Shown here: positions 1 to 9,132 of the stretch, in pieces
Numbering within the stretch: position 1 is the first letter of the stretch
How the letters are laid out: the number at the start of each line of letters is the position of its first letter
Virus record (IMG/VR): IMGVR_UViG_3300033067_000240
Span: 1 to 32,136 of that record
Source of the DNA: a virus
Lineage: Duplodnaviria; Caudoviricetes
DNA length: 32,136 nucleotides
Direction: 5' to 3' (one strand)
Notes under the pieces: model-generated
Seen by the model: the letters and a program-made list of their open reading frames with translations, nothing else
Databases searched by the model: none
What the model was told of the DNA's origin: nothing
Position numbers and translations under genes: made by a program

Positions 1-961
1 CTAGTTCCTTCAGTAGCTCTATCTGTTCAGGATGTGCCGCTAGTAAGTCAATGCGTGTGTAGCACCAAAACTTAATCTTAAATGGTAGGTCACGCATGAC
101 CTTTACCATCATTTCTAATTTTTCCGTGCTGTCATTAAATGTGTCATCTACAATAAAGTATTTTGTAGTTCCCCAGCGTTCGTAGTTTTCTAATAGCTCA
201 TCACGAATCTTGCTAGGATACTTTAAGTAGTCGTTTACATTCTTTTGTCCAATGAGTGGGAAATTACAAAACGCACACTTGAATCTACATCCACGACCTA
301 CTTCTAGTGTAAGTGTTTCTTGTGGTTGTATAAAATCAAACTCTGTATAGCGTGTTGAGCTTTCACGGAAGTCCCAAGTATCAGCATGTGCTTTACGATC
401 GTGGTCAATAAACTTGTTGAAGATGCGTTTGCTTTTTCCGCTTAACTTGTCTAGCAAGTCAATAGTCATTGTTTCAGCAATACCAAAGATAACATGGTCT
501 ACATTCTTTAAGTCCATATAGAAGTCTGCTTTAGCACCACCTAGTACAATTTTAAGTTTAGGATTAATTGTCTTAGGGTACAGTAAGAACTCGTCTACTT
601 CATCCTTGCCAAACTTAACAACTAAGTTATCTTTACGCCAATCGTGTTTTTCTTCTTTAGTGTTACTAAGCTCATGGTCTTCACCGATGTAATGTCCGGG
701 AATTTGATTAGTAAACTCTCCAGGTAGTTCTGGCCAGCGATATGGTAGCCATGTAGTACTATATCCAACCATTAATGTTTCAGGGCCAACACTGGCATCT
801 ATGATCTCTTTATACTTGTCAAAGGTGAGTGCTGAACTGAAGTCTACTACTAAGCAAGTGTAGCCGTTGGCTCTGATTTGGCTAGCAATACGGTGAACAC
901 CATATCCACGAATTTTGTGATGAGGGTAAGGTGCATCGGTAAATAGTATTACATTAAACAT
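1..961 (-). CDS. Cobalamin-binding (class B-like) radical SAM protein, 3' end truncated by the window edge
   Basis: Not in the ORF track; translated by hand from ATG at 961: MFNVILFTDAPYPHHKIRGYGVHRIASQIRANGYTCLVVDF...VGYSTTW...KIVLGGAKA (B12-binding-like domain), then LEVGRGCRFKCAFC (CxxxCxxC) and FIVDDTFND. Frame stays open to base 1. Confidence 0.85.
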   Translation of the reverse strand, partial: MFNVILFTDAPYPHHKIRGYGVHRIASQIRANGYTCLVVDFSSALTFDKYKEIIDASVGPETLMVGYSTTWLPYRWPELPGEFTNQIPGHYIGEDHELSNTKEEKHDWRKDNLVVKFGKDEVDEFLLYPKTINPKLKIVLGGAKADFYMDLKNVDHVIFGIAETMTIDLLDKLSGKSKRIFNKFIDHDRKAHADTWDFRESSTRYTEFDFIQPQETLTLEVGRGCRFKCAFCNFPLIGQKNVNDYLKYPSKIRDELLENYERWGTTKYFIVDDTFNDSTEKLEMMVKVMRDLPFKIKFWCYTRIDLLAAHPEQIELLKEL

Positions 962-967
962 AGCATA

Positions 968-973
968 TATTTA
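968..973 (-). promoter_or_regulatory. TAAATA late-promoter-like box 6 nt upstream of the ATG at 961
   Basis: Minus strand reads TAAATA-TATGCT-ATG; the same geometry recurs at other block starts. Confidence 0.5.
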
Positions 974-989
974 AGCAGATAGGACTACT

Positions 990-1676
990 ATGAAATATTT
1001 TCAATCCGTGTTAGCATTTGGCGACAGCCATGTGGCAGGGTGTGAGCTTGCTGGCCAAGGCGGGTTAGATGATTACACACAGGGTAAACTAACTATAGAA
1101 GAATTAGACGCTCCGGGCAAGCTCCTAGCGTTTCCCCAAATTGTAGCAGATTATTTAAAAGTGCCTTGTTACAACTATGCTATGACAGGCGGCAGTAATG
1201 CTCGCAGTCTAAGACTACTAACTAAAGCAGTTCAAGAACATCCTAACAGTCTAGTACTATTTGGTTACACTTGCACTGATCGTTCAGAATTTTACTACCC
1301 AGATCCAGGCAACTTCTTAGGGCGTGATAAAGACAACTTCATACAAGTTGGCCTACAGTGGGAAGGTCCTATCAAGAGCAAGGGAATGGAGCATCCAATA
1401 AACGATGTGTTCATTAGAAACATACTTAGACCGTACAACAACATGAACGAACTTATGTTTCATGTTGACAATACATGCACAATGTACGCAACTGACTTTT
1501 TACACATTCCTCTAGTCACTGAAGAGTTTAGCACACAAGATAATGTCTTAGACTTTGAAGGACATATATCTTATGCCAAGTGGTGCATTGAGCGTAAGTT
1601 TAAACAATTGCCTTATCGCCATTACGACCGGGCAGCACATACAGCACTAGCTGAACTAATTCTTAAGGAACTATAA
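990..1676 (+). CDS. SGNH/GDSL hydrolase-like protein (possible acyl esterase or transferase)
   Basis: Block I AFGDSH, block II-like NYAMTGGSN, and C-terminal RHY..AAH His motif. Confidence 0.6.
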   Translation: MKYFQSVLAFGDSHVAGCELAGQGGLDDYTQGKLTIEELDAPGKLLAFPQIVADYLKVPCYNYAMTGGSNARSLRLLTKAVQEHPNSLVLFGYTCTDRSEFYYPDPGNFLGRDKDNFIQVGLQWEGPIKSKGMEHPINDVFIRNILRPYNNMNELMFHVDNTCTMYATDFLHIPLVTEEFSTQDNVLDFEGHISYAKWCIERKFKQLPYRHYDRAAHTALAELILKEL

Positions 1677-2023
1677 TGGCTTGGGGCTATCACTTAATGG
1701 TTGACTGTACGAAGTGTAATCTAGATTACATCACAGACAAAGAACGCATTGCTGAATTTGTCAGAATATTGATCAGTCGAGTTGACATGGTTGCACACGG
1801 CGAGCCACAAATTGAATTCCTATTGCCAGGCACAGACAACGAAGGATATAGTGTATTGCAAATGATTACAACTAGCAATATAACTGCACACTTTGTAAAC
1901 TCTACTAGAGCAGGTTACATTGACTTGTTTAGTTGTAAACCGTTTAATAAGACAGTTGTGCTTTACACCGTTAACGAGTTCTTCAATCCTGAAGAAACTG
2001 TTGTAAACTATTTAGAGCGTTAA
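1676..2023 (+). CDS. speD: S-adenosylmethionine decarboxylase proenzyme-like (SpeD/SpeH family, pyruvoyl-dependent)
   Basis: 115 aa; GYHLMVDC at N-terminus, GYSVLQMITTSNITAHF (self-cleavage region, canonical ESHISIHT), YIDLFSCKPF. Confidence 0.75.
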   Translation: MAWGYHLMVDCTKCNLDYITDKERIAEFVRILISRVDMVAHGEPQIEFLLPGTDNEGYSVLQMITTSNITAHFVNSTRAGYIDLFSCKPFNKTVVLYTVNEFFNPEETVVNYLER

Positions 2024-3102
2024 GGATCTAAACGCATCTGTTCTCTGCTACGGAACTGGTAGCGTTCAGGAACAGTATCCCACAAGGTTGCATTTTTATT
2101 AACAGCTTGATCACGCAACATGATCTGATGTAGGAAGTTGGTAATAGGCTTGCCCGGCACAAAGTCACACCATGGTCCGCAACGCAGTTCTTCCATGTCA
2201 ATAGTCTTAGGATCACTCCACTGGATTAGTCTATGTACAATTCCGTTAATCTTAACCATGTAGTGATACAAGTTGTCATCTGCAGGAATCTTCTCCCATG
2301 TCCAACCCCGACTATCTACATAGGCTTTAATTTCCTTAATGTGGTCGCTTAGGTAGTAGCGTGGTTCGTCGGGGTTGCGTCCAATGTCACTGCCAGCACG
2401 GATACGATATTGTGTAGCACTATCGCCTAGCAGTTGAATTTCTTCTAGTACATCTGGAATGTGTGTAATACTTTCTAGTGTATATCCAATGTAATACAAA
2501 AGTATGCCTTCTTCCTTACAATTTTGAATGCCTTCAAGTTGCTTGCGATGCACAGTTTCGCCCTGGTAAGAATGGTGGTTTAAACCTATCATAACAGCCC
2601 TACAGCCGGCTTGTTTTATCTCATGCACCCAAGCCCTATCACTTAGCTTTACGCCGTTTGTAAGGATTGTAATATCCTGGTGACTTCTGCCCAATTTCTG
2701 TTGTAAATCTGCCACACGCTTGATAAGTTCTGGTAGGTCTTTTCTTACTGTGGGTTCTGCGCCTGCAAGGATAACACTACCTGCATCATCAGGCCATGAT
2801 TCAATTTGTGCTAGGATTAGGTCAACTGGTTTGTCTGTGGTAGCTGATTCAGGTTCGTGATAGCAGTGAGGACATTTCAAGTTGCAACGGTCTGTGACTT
2901 CTACCATGATGCCGCTTGGTACATCGTAGCCGTAGGGATCAAACTCTAATGAGTTGTAGAACTCTGCGTCACGCTCTATCATGTACTCTGACTCGCCGTG
3001 AACAGGACAAGTCTTCTTCATCCAGACACTGCCATCTCTTTCAAACTTTTCTGCTGGAACATGTCTGTAGCATTGTTCACATAATGATGTTGTTAATTCC
3101 AT
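2020..3102 (-). CDS. Radical SAM protein with MJ0619/Tes-like N-terminal metal-binding domain
   Basis: TTSLCEQC...KKTCPVHG N-terminus; EVTDRCNLKCPHC; LAGAEPTVR; ILTNG. Confidence 0.85.
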   Translation of the reverse strand: MELTTSLCEQCYRHVPAEKFERDGSVWMKKTCPVHGESEYMIERDAEFYNSLEFDPYGYDVPSGIMVEVTDRCNLKCPHCYHEPESATTDKPVDLILAQIESWPDDAGSVILAGAEPTVRKDLPELIKRVADLQQKLGRSHQDITILTNGVKLSDRAWVHEIKQAGCRAVMIGLNHHSYQGETVHRKQLEGIQNCKEEGILLYYIGYTLESITHIPDVLEEIQLLGDSATQYRIRAGSDIGRNPDEPRYYLSDHIKEIKAYVDSRGWTWEKIPADDNLYHYMVKINGIVHRLIQWSDPKTIDMEELRCGPWCDFVPGKPITNFLHQIMLRDQAVNKNATLWDTVPERYQFRSREQMRLDP

Positions 3103-3629
3103 CGCTCTACCTTGTTTAGTTGTTCTAAGAATACAGAACTATTTAACTTCCAGAAAGTCTGCACATGCCCTCTGTATTCTTTTTCAAACGCACGAGTCAA
3201 CACACCTGTCTTTTCTAAGGTTGGTCCCCATATGGTATGCACTAGTCGTTGTGTGCCCACATCACTTGGGTGTGTTGTTATGTACATGTCACCTTTAGCC
3301 CATTCAATACAAGCAGGCATAAAGAACTGTGCTGTATAATGTTGATGAGTTGCTATTTGATTTCTAGTACGCAAGGTAGTAGCTGGCAACAGGTCGCTGA
3401 GTATACAGGTCCTTGCACAAATACGATAACCTTCATCTATGCTGTGTGCGCCCACTGAGCCTACGGCCTTATTGTTGTAGTAAAGAATCCACACGCACCA
3501 CTCACGCTCGTTTCTAAAGCAATCAATCATTGCCTTTTGACTAGCGTTATTTACAAAACCCCTACGGTCTGCTTCAGCATAGAATTCAGTTAAATCTAAC
3601 TCTGGCGTCCACGGAATTATTTTATACAT
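3093..3629 (-). CDS. GNAT-like acyltransferase, putative
   Basis: 178 aa; VWILYYNNKAVGSVGAH beta-strand pattern, RICARTC and MYITT resemble GNAT fold elements; weak match. Confidence 0.4.
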   Translation of the reverse strand: MYKIIPWTPELDLTEFYAEADRRGFVNNASQKAMIDCFRNEREWCVWILYYNNKAVGSVGAHSIDEGYRICARTCILSDLLPATTLRTRNQIATHQHYTAQFFMPACIEWAKGDMYITTHPSDVGTQRLVHTIWGPTLEKTGVLTRAFEKEYRGHVQTFWKLNSSVFLEQLNKVERWN

Positions 3630-4303
3630 TTTGCTCGTTCAATAAAATCACTAGGATAGTTCTTTCTAAAACTTTCCCAACACAGTTCCTCTAGTAATGC
3701 TAGGGGCTGTGGTTCAGTCCAACTGATGCCCATAGCGTCAGTTGCTTTCTTCATCTCTTCTTGTCTAGTACTATAGATATGACTGGTATGATCTGCAATG
3801 CTAATAGGACCTTCAGTTAGATGATAAGTGAAGAAGTAGTTGATGCTTTTTAGTTTGCCGTCAATGACAAAATAACTGCTGGGGTGCATACTGTATTTGT
3901 ACAAACATACTGCATGGTGTGCTTCAATAATGGTCAGCATCTGCTCTTGCCAATCCGGTAGCACCTTATCAAAGTTTGCCTGGTCACAGCCCGCTAGTTC
4001 CCAAAAGTCCGGCCCTTCTACTTCTAAGTAAATTTTGCGTTCGCAATGATCGATCAGTAGGATCTTAGGAATGAACTCTGGAAATATCTTTTCCATCATA
4101 CGCAGATACTTGACTTCACGCTGGAACTTATCGTCCATTAATTTTGGATCTACTACTTGATTCTGCCCTTTATGGTAATCACCCTCTGTAGTGTAATGCT
4201 GGACGAAAACTTTTTTATCGGCACTCATTAAACTAGTGTAAATAAGATTGTTACGACACAAGCCGGAACCTGGCACATTGTTGTAGTAGTATTCGTAGTT
4301 CAT
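3617..4303 (-). CDS. Degenerate protein-kinase-like fold protein
   Basis: FQREVKYLRMM...FIPKILLID...KIYLE resembles the kinase alphaC/N-lobe; catalytic HxDxxxxN and DFG positions read YSMHPSSY and LKSINYF. Confidence 0.45.
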   Translation of the reverse strand: MNYEYYYNNVPGSGLCRNNLIYTSLMSADKKVFVQHYTTEGDYHKGQNQVVDPKLMDDKFQREVKYLRMMEKIFPEFIPKILLIDHCERKIYLEVEGPDFWELAGCDQANFDKVLPDWQEQMLTIIEAHHAVCLYKYSMHPSSYFVIDGKLKSINYFFTYHLTEGPISIADHTSHIYSTRQEEMKKATDAMGISWTEPQPLALLEELCWESFRKNYPSDFIERAKCIK

Positions 4304-4326
4304 ATAGTAATTATCAAAGAGGAAAC

Positions 4327-5127
4327 ATGATCAAGGGCATAAACGGCATTCCATATTATAGCATGGAACAACACTTAGATATGGCAGAGTTTGACAGACT
4401 GCAACCAGAAATAATCGCGGGCTTTGCTACAGCTAGAGAGTTTGCCAAAGAAGGCACTTGGATGAAGCCGGGATTCACTTTTGAAGATATGAGCTATCAG
4501 CCAAACTGGAAACCTATGTATAAGGCGTTAGAAGAGTTTCAAGCACTTGACGACAACGATCCAATTAAGCTAGCAGGTAGTGCGTTTTGTAAAGACTTTA
4601 GTGATTACAAGATGCGTAACAAACTAACACGATTTTTAAAAATGGCAATGGGTGCTTACGATCCTTACATTTACTATTTCCTATGGGAAGAAGGTAGTTG
4701 GGATGATAGAACTGCGCCACGCAAGTTAACAGAAGAAGCTGAACACTTTCCTAATGTTGTTAAGTGGGTAGAGCAATTACAAGGTACAGTGTTTGAACAC
4801 ATTGGCCGTGTAATCTTCTTTCATTGCGACCATGACGGTATTCCTTTTGAACACAGAGACTTAGATGCTAAGAATGGTATGAACATAACATTCCCGCATC
4901 GCAACGAATTTATCCACATACGCCCTAATACAAAGAAAGCGTTTTACTTGTGGGATCCAGAAAAGAAAAACAAAGTATATCTTAACACTAGAGCCGCATG
5001 GTGGAATGACCAAGACTGGCACGGTGGCGAGAAGATTATGGAACAAAGTTACAGCTTACGCATTGACGGTAAGTTTACAGAAGAGTTCCGCAAGAAGCTA
5101 GGAATTGATCATCTTGACAACTACTGA
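4327..5127 (+). CDS. Fe(II)/2-oxoglutarate oxygenase-like (cupin) protein
   Basis: EHRD...DWHGG His-x-Asp...His triad followed by YSLRIDG; GAGG Shine-Dalgarno upstream. Confidence 0.6.
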   Translation: MIKGINGIPYYSMEQHLDMAEFDRLQPEIIAGFATAREFAKEGTWMKPGFTFEDMSYQPNWKPMYKALEEFQALDDNDPIKLAGSAFCKDFSDYKMRNKLTRFLKMAMGAYDPYIYYFLWEEGSWDDRTAPRKLTEEAEHFPNVVKWVEQLQGTVFEHIGRVIFFHCDHDGIPFEHRDLDAKNGMNITFPHRNEFIHIRPNTKKAFYLWDPEKKNKVYLNTRAAWWNDQDWHGGEKIMEQSYSLRIDGKFTEEFRKKLGIDHLDNY

Positions 5128-5689
5128 TCACGGTATTTTTACCTTAATGACTAAAGGTAACCTGGCCATTATGGATTTCAATCCAGAAGGCGATCGTTAC
5201 CCGCAAGAGCTAGTAGACGATGTGTATGCTAGAGAATGTAAGTACTTGCTACAACTAGCCAAGTACAGTTGGGCTCCAGAAGCTGTTAACTTTGACAAAC
5301 AGTTTAGGCGCATATATTTTAAGTGGTATGGCAATACTTGCGAAGATATTGTACCAGACGATTATGCAGAACAGTTGCTACAAATAACTAAAGACTTGCA
5401 TACTGAACAAATATACAAGCCTAGTTTTTACACCAAGTATTTTTATGTAGATGATCGCAACAAGCTTCATGCATGGTCGTTTTATTCTGCTAGCAGTTAT
5501 GACGAGCAACCTATAGCAATGGACTTTTATAGACCTATTCTAAACAATCAGCGCGAAGAGCTAGTTAACAAACTTGAGTCTGATGGCAAGTTAGATATGA
5601 AGTTGCTAGTAGAGCGTGGATTTAATGAATACATACAATGGCCCGGCAATCCACTACCGAGCATTTACCAATCAGTTTACAATTCTTAA
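5105..5689 (+). CDS. Degenerate kinase-like protein, paralog of 3617..4303 (start uncertain: TTG 5105 or ATG 5147)
   Basis: YARECKYL, RRIYFK, YAEQLLQI, IYKPSFYTKYFYV align with FQREVKYL, RKIYLE, WQEQMLTI, LYKYSMHPSSYFV. Confidence 0.45.
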   Translation: MIILTTTDHGIFTLMTKGNLAIMDFNPEGDRYPQELVDDVYARECKYLLQLAKYSWAPEAVNFDKQFRRIYFKWYGNTCEDIVPDDYAEQLLQITKDLHTEQIYKPSFYTKYFYVDDRNKLHAWSFYSASSYDEQPIAMDFYRPILNNQREELVNKLESDGKLDMKLLVERGFNEYIQWPGNPLPSIYQSVYNS

Positions 5690-7293
5690 AACTTTAAAGC
5701 CATCCACTCTTGTGGAGTCATACCTTTAAAGATTTCACTCTTAAGATACTCATAGTATTGCGGAAACTTATGTGCTGACATCTTCAAGTGATCTTGTATA
5801 TACTTAAAGTGTAGCTCTGCTAGTTTAAGTTCATCTTCTGGAATGTTCTTTGAAGGCCACTTGCTTAGATCTAAGTTCCATGTTGCTGCCAACTCAATCC
5901 ACATGTAATCAGGGAAGAAGCACTTTGACTGTGCGGCACCATTGATTGTGTTTTTATGATCGTTGTACTTGTCTAATAGTAACTGTTCGTGATTTAATTT
6001 TTGACCTATGTCACGCATCTGCAACCAGAAGTCATTGTCAGTCCTTGATGTTAGCGTATAGTGTACTAACACAAAGTCTGCAATATCGTCAAAGGTATAA
6101 CCCATCTTTGTATTGTAGTCAGTCCAATCAATGTTATGAATATTCTCTTTGTTTGCTTCAATGGTGTGTGCAATTTCCCATGCTGAGTTAGATATAACAC
6201 CTAGCATGTTTGCTTCCATAGGTTCAACAAATCCAATAGTCATTCCTACAGCCACTACATTACCAAAGCCCGGGGATATCATACGCTTCTTATCCCAAGA
6301 AATTTTCTTAGGTTCAAACTTAGGCTTGGTTAAAATTTTCTCGTGATATTCTCTTAACACATCTTCGTCACTAACAAAGTCGTTGTTAAAAATGTAGCCA
6401 GTTCCTCGACGATGGTACAGATCAATATCAAAGACCCAACCTTTATCCATAGCAATAGACTTAGTGTAGTTGACTACCTCTGTAGTAGGATCTTCGTAAT
6501 CAACTTGGCACACAAATGATGTGTTGGCAGGATTGTTATCATACCACTTCCATTTGACATTATCAAATTCTCTAATCAAAGCACGATGGAATCCTGAACA
6601 GTCAATATATAGGTCAGCAGTCATTTCTTCACCAGTGTCTAGCACTAGTTTAGAAATACGCTCGCCTGCTTTTTCCACACCTTTAACATGTGCTAGTTTA
6701 TGTTTTACGCCACCCGGTATTGCCACATACTTCATCAAGTAATCTGCAAAGCGCTCAGTGTTGATATGGTAAGCCCATGTAAGGTCATTTGTTGGCAAGT
6801 ATGACTCGCCGTTGATAAAAGGTGCTTTAAGGTCTTCAGTAAACTCTGTCCATCCTGTAAAGTTTTTACTAAAGTTTCGATCAGTGCGTCCTTGCTTGAA
6901 CAGCTCTAGCCAGTAGTCAGTAAGTCGTAATTCGTCTACTGATACATCCATGTGGTCGTTCCACGATACTCCATTGTATGGAGATGATAGCAAGTGTTTC
7001 TTACCTTTGTTAAATGCAAAAGTAAATAGCTCATTTTCGCCTTTGCCGTGTAGCCAGTTGATAAAATTGTTACCATACTTATAAACGCTACCTGTTTCAA
7101 ACATGAAGTGTTTTTCTTCAATGCCCAGTACTCTGATAAATTCTGTTAAATGTACAGTGACAGATTCACCTACGCCAATCCGCGCCACATTTGGACTTTC
7201 AACTAGTGTTATTTCACTGTTAGGAACAAACTTGTTAAGCCAGCTTGCTGTCATCCATCCAGATGAGCCACCGCCAATAATAACGATCTTCAT
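5686..7293 (-). CDS. Tryptophan halogenase (PrnA/RebH)-family flavin-dependent enzyme
   Basis: 535 aa; IIGGGSSGW FAD-binding motif, IGVGES, SVYKYGNNFINW, AYHIN, ADLYIDCSGF, GWVFDIDL, GFVEPMEA, DFVLVHY..R.DNDFW. Confidence 0.9.
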   Translation of the reverse strand: MKIVIIGGGSSGWMTASWLNKFVPNSEITLVESPNVARIGVGESVTVHLTEFIRVLGIEEKHFMFETGSVYKYGNNFINWLHGKGENELFTFAFNKGKKHLLSSPYNGVSWNDHMDVSVDELRLTDYWLELFKQGRTDRNFSKNFTGWTEFTEDLKAPFINGESYLPTNDLTWAYHINTERFADYLMKYVAIPGGVKHKLAHVKGVEKAGERISKLVLDTGEEMTADLYIDCSGFHRALIREFDNVKWKWYDNNPANTSFVCQVDYEDPTTEVVNYTKSIAMDKGWVFDIDLYHRRGTGYIFNNDFVSDEDVLREYHEKILTKPKFEPKKISWDKKRMISPGFGNVVAVGMTIGFVEPMEANMLGVISNSAWEIAHTIEANKENIHNIDWTDYNTKMGYTFDDIADFVLVHYTLTSRTDNDFWLQMRDIGQKLNHEQLLLDKYNDHKNTINGAAQSKCFFPDYMWIELAATWNLDLSKWPSKNIPEDELKLAELHFKYIQDHLKMSAHKFPQYYEYLKSEIFKGMTPQEWMALKF

Positions 7294-7303
7294 TAGAGCA
7301 CCT

Positions 7304-7311
7304 TATAAATA
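7304..7311 (+). promoter_or_regulatory. T4-type late promoter consensus TATAAATA
   Basis: Exact TATAAATA in the 22-bp divergent gap, 4 nt before ATG 7316. Confidence 0.65.
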
Positions 7312-7315
7312 TCTC

Positions 7316-7951
7316 ATGTACTTTACTTATTTAGATCTTCCACCTTTGCCAACGGAATTAGAAGAACAACTGTTAGCATTAGTTGAAGCACCAATTGCCA
7401 ATTTTCACGACAGTGATGCATTTGTTGAAAGCATTAAGAATCGAACTGAATTGAACATTGGTGCAAGTGAAGCTATCATTGACGCTATTACAAATGTTGA
7501 ATATAATGCTGAAGACTCGTTAGGATATCCTTTAGCAGATGCTTGGGAACACTTTAAAGATCTAGCACACTTTGATTTCTTGGAAGTAAACGAAGCACTC
7601 AATGAATGGGCAAGAGCTAACATTGATCCTAATGTTGCCCATGTTAGTATACAGGCAATGTACGGTGGAACTACTATTACTCCACATATCGACGAGATGC
7701 GTTCATATGCATTCAACTATGTAGTTGCCACAGGCGGCAATAGTAGAACTTGCTTTTACAAGCCTAAAGCAGAGTACAGTCATTTACGAGTCTATCCACA
7801 AACAGTTTTTCCTATTGATAGACTAGAGCTAGTTGACGAAATACAAATAGAGCCACATCGCTGGCATAGACTAGATACAACTACTATTCATAGTGTTGAG
7901 AACTTAGATCCACAATTAAAAAGAATTTCATTGAGCTTGAGCTTTATATGA
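7316..7951 (+). CDS. Fe(II)/2OG oxygenase-like (cupin) protein; start corrected from 7103
   Basis: TPHIDEMR...TIHSVEN...KRISLSL (HxD...H...R-x-S). The 7103 start overlaps the halogenase on the opposite strand; ATG 7316 follows TATAAATA. Confidence 0.7.
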   Translation: MYFTYLDLPPLPTELEEQLLALVEAPIANFHDSDAFVESIKNRTELNIGASEAIIDAITNVEYNAEDSLGYPLADAWEHFKDLAHFDFLEVNEALNEWARANIDPNVAHVSIQAMYGGTTITPHIDEMRSYAFNYVVATGGNSRTCFYKPKAEYSHLRVYPQTVFPIDRLELVDEIQIEPHRWHRLDTTTIHSVENLDPQLKRISLSLSFI

Positions 7952-9132
7952 GTAAATTAATATTCCCCTACGCAACTAATGATGTTGTTAATGTTAGACA
8001 AATAACTGAATACACTAAGTTTGGCTTTAAGCAAGGTACACACGAGCTATTAGACTTGAGCTTGGGAAACTGCGGATGCTTTCCGTTAGGATTTAAAGAA
8101 CAAGATATCATCGACGAAGTTACTGAACAAATGTCAAAGTTGCCGTTTTGTAGCGGAGAGTTCTACACTACTAATCAAGCAGTATTAGAGTTAGGTGATA
8201 AACTATACGACCTAAGTGGCGGCTATCGTAGTGTATTTGCCTTATCAGGTAGCGATGCAATTGAAGGTGCTATACGACTAGCTCAACTATACAATCGTCG
8301 AAACAAGTTTTTAGGATTTACACGAAGCTATCACGGCAGTACATACATGAGTTCAAGTGTAAGTGATGCAACCTACATGACTGACTTCTACGGTAAAGAT
8401 CCTAGATGCATTATCAGCGACTACAATCTAGACTCTATAACTGACGAACTATGTGCAGTGGTTATCGAAACTAGCAGTTGGCAAAACGGACTATACGATC
8501 CAGGCCAAGACTTCTGGAAAGGACTAAGACAAAAGTGTACAGACCTTGATGTTGTACTAATTGTTGATGACATTGCTATGTGTGGTGGAAAGACAGGCAG
8601 CTTCTTTGGCTGGTCTGATACTGTACGCCCTGATATCTTTACCATGGGCAAATCGTTTACTGGCGGATACTTTCCACTAAGTGCTACCTTAATAGATGAT
8701 AAGATTTACGATGCTATTAAAGACATTCCGTTCGCACACGGCTTTAGCTACAGTTTCAGTCTAAGCGGCATTTACTCAACACTAGCATACATTCGCAAAC
8801 TAGAAAAGGAAAAGTTACTAGAAAGCGTAAATGATAAGAAAAAGTTAGCTGATAACATTTTTAATCACATGCAAGCGCAGGGCATAATCAAAAGTTACAA
8901 CAGCTTTGGCCTAGTTTACAACTTAGAACTAGTCACAGAGAAATCACTGACTAGTAGCTTTGAACAGTTCTTGTACCAATACGGGATTAGCGCAGGTATG
9001 TGGAATGAAGGTGGCAGCGGCTTATTGATTGTTGTGCCTATTAATGCTGATGATGAGTACTTTGAATTTCTAAACTCAAGACTCACGCAAGCATTAATTG
9101 ATTATAGAGCGACAGCTACCGTCTCTGACTAA
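7948..9132 (+). CDS. Class III PLP-dependent aminotransferase (BioA/omega-amine transaminase-like)
   Basis: SGSDAIEGA, SYHGST, AVVIE, LIVDDIAMCGGKTG, PDIFTMGKSFTGGYFPLSA (PLP lysine), HGFSYS. Confidence 0.9.
   Translation: MSKLIFPYATNDVVNVRQITEYTKFGFKQGTHELLDLSLGNCGCFPLGFKEQDIIDEVTEQMSKLPFCSGEFYTTNQAVLELGDKLYDLSGGYRSVFALSGSDAIEGAIRLAQLYNRRNKFLGFTRSYHGSTYMSSSVSDATYMTDFYGKDPRCIISDYNLDSITDELCAVVIETSSWQNGLYDPGQDFWKGLRQKCTDLDVVLIVDDIAMCGGKTGSFFGWSDTVRPDIFTMGKSFTGGYFPLSATLIDDKIYDAIKDIPFAHGFSYSFSLSGIYSTLAYIRKLEKEKLLESVNDKKKLADNIFNHMQAQGIIKSYNSFGLVYNLELVTEKSLTSSFEQFLYQYGISAGMWNEGGSGLLIVVPINADDEYFEFLNSRLTQALIDYRATATVSD

Noticed and set aside
7103-7315. N-terminal extension of the ORF-track call 7103..7951
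   Set aside because: It is antisense to the halogenase start; ATG 7316 follows TATAAATA and begins the plausible protein. Similar over-extensions were trimmed at 14732, 23246, 28277, 28961, 29787 and 30279.
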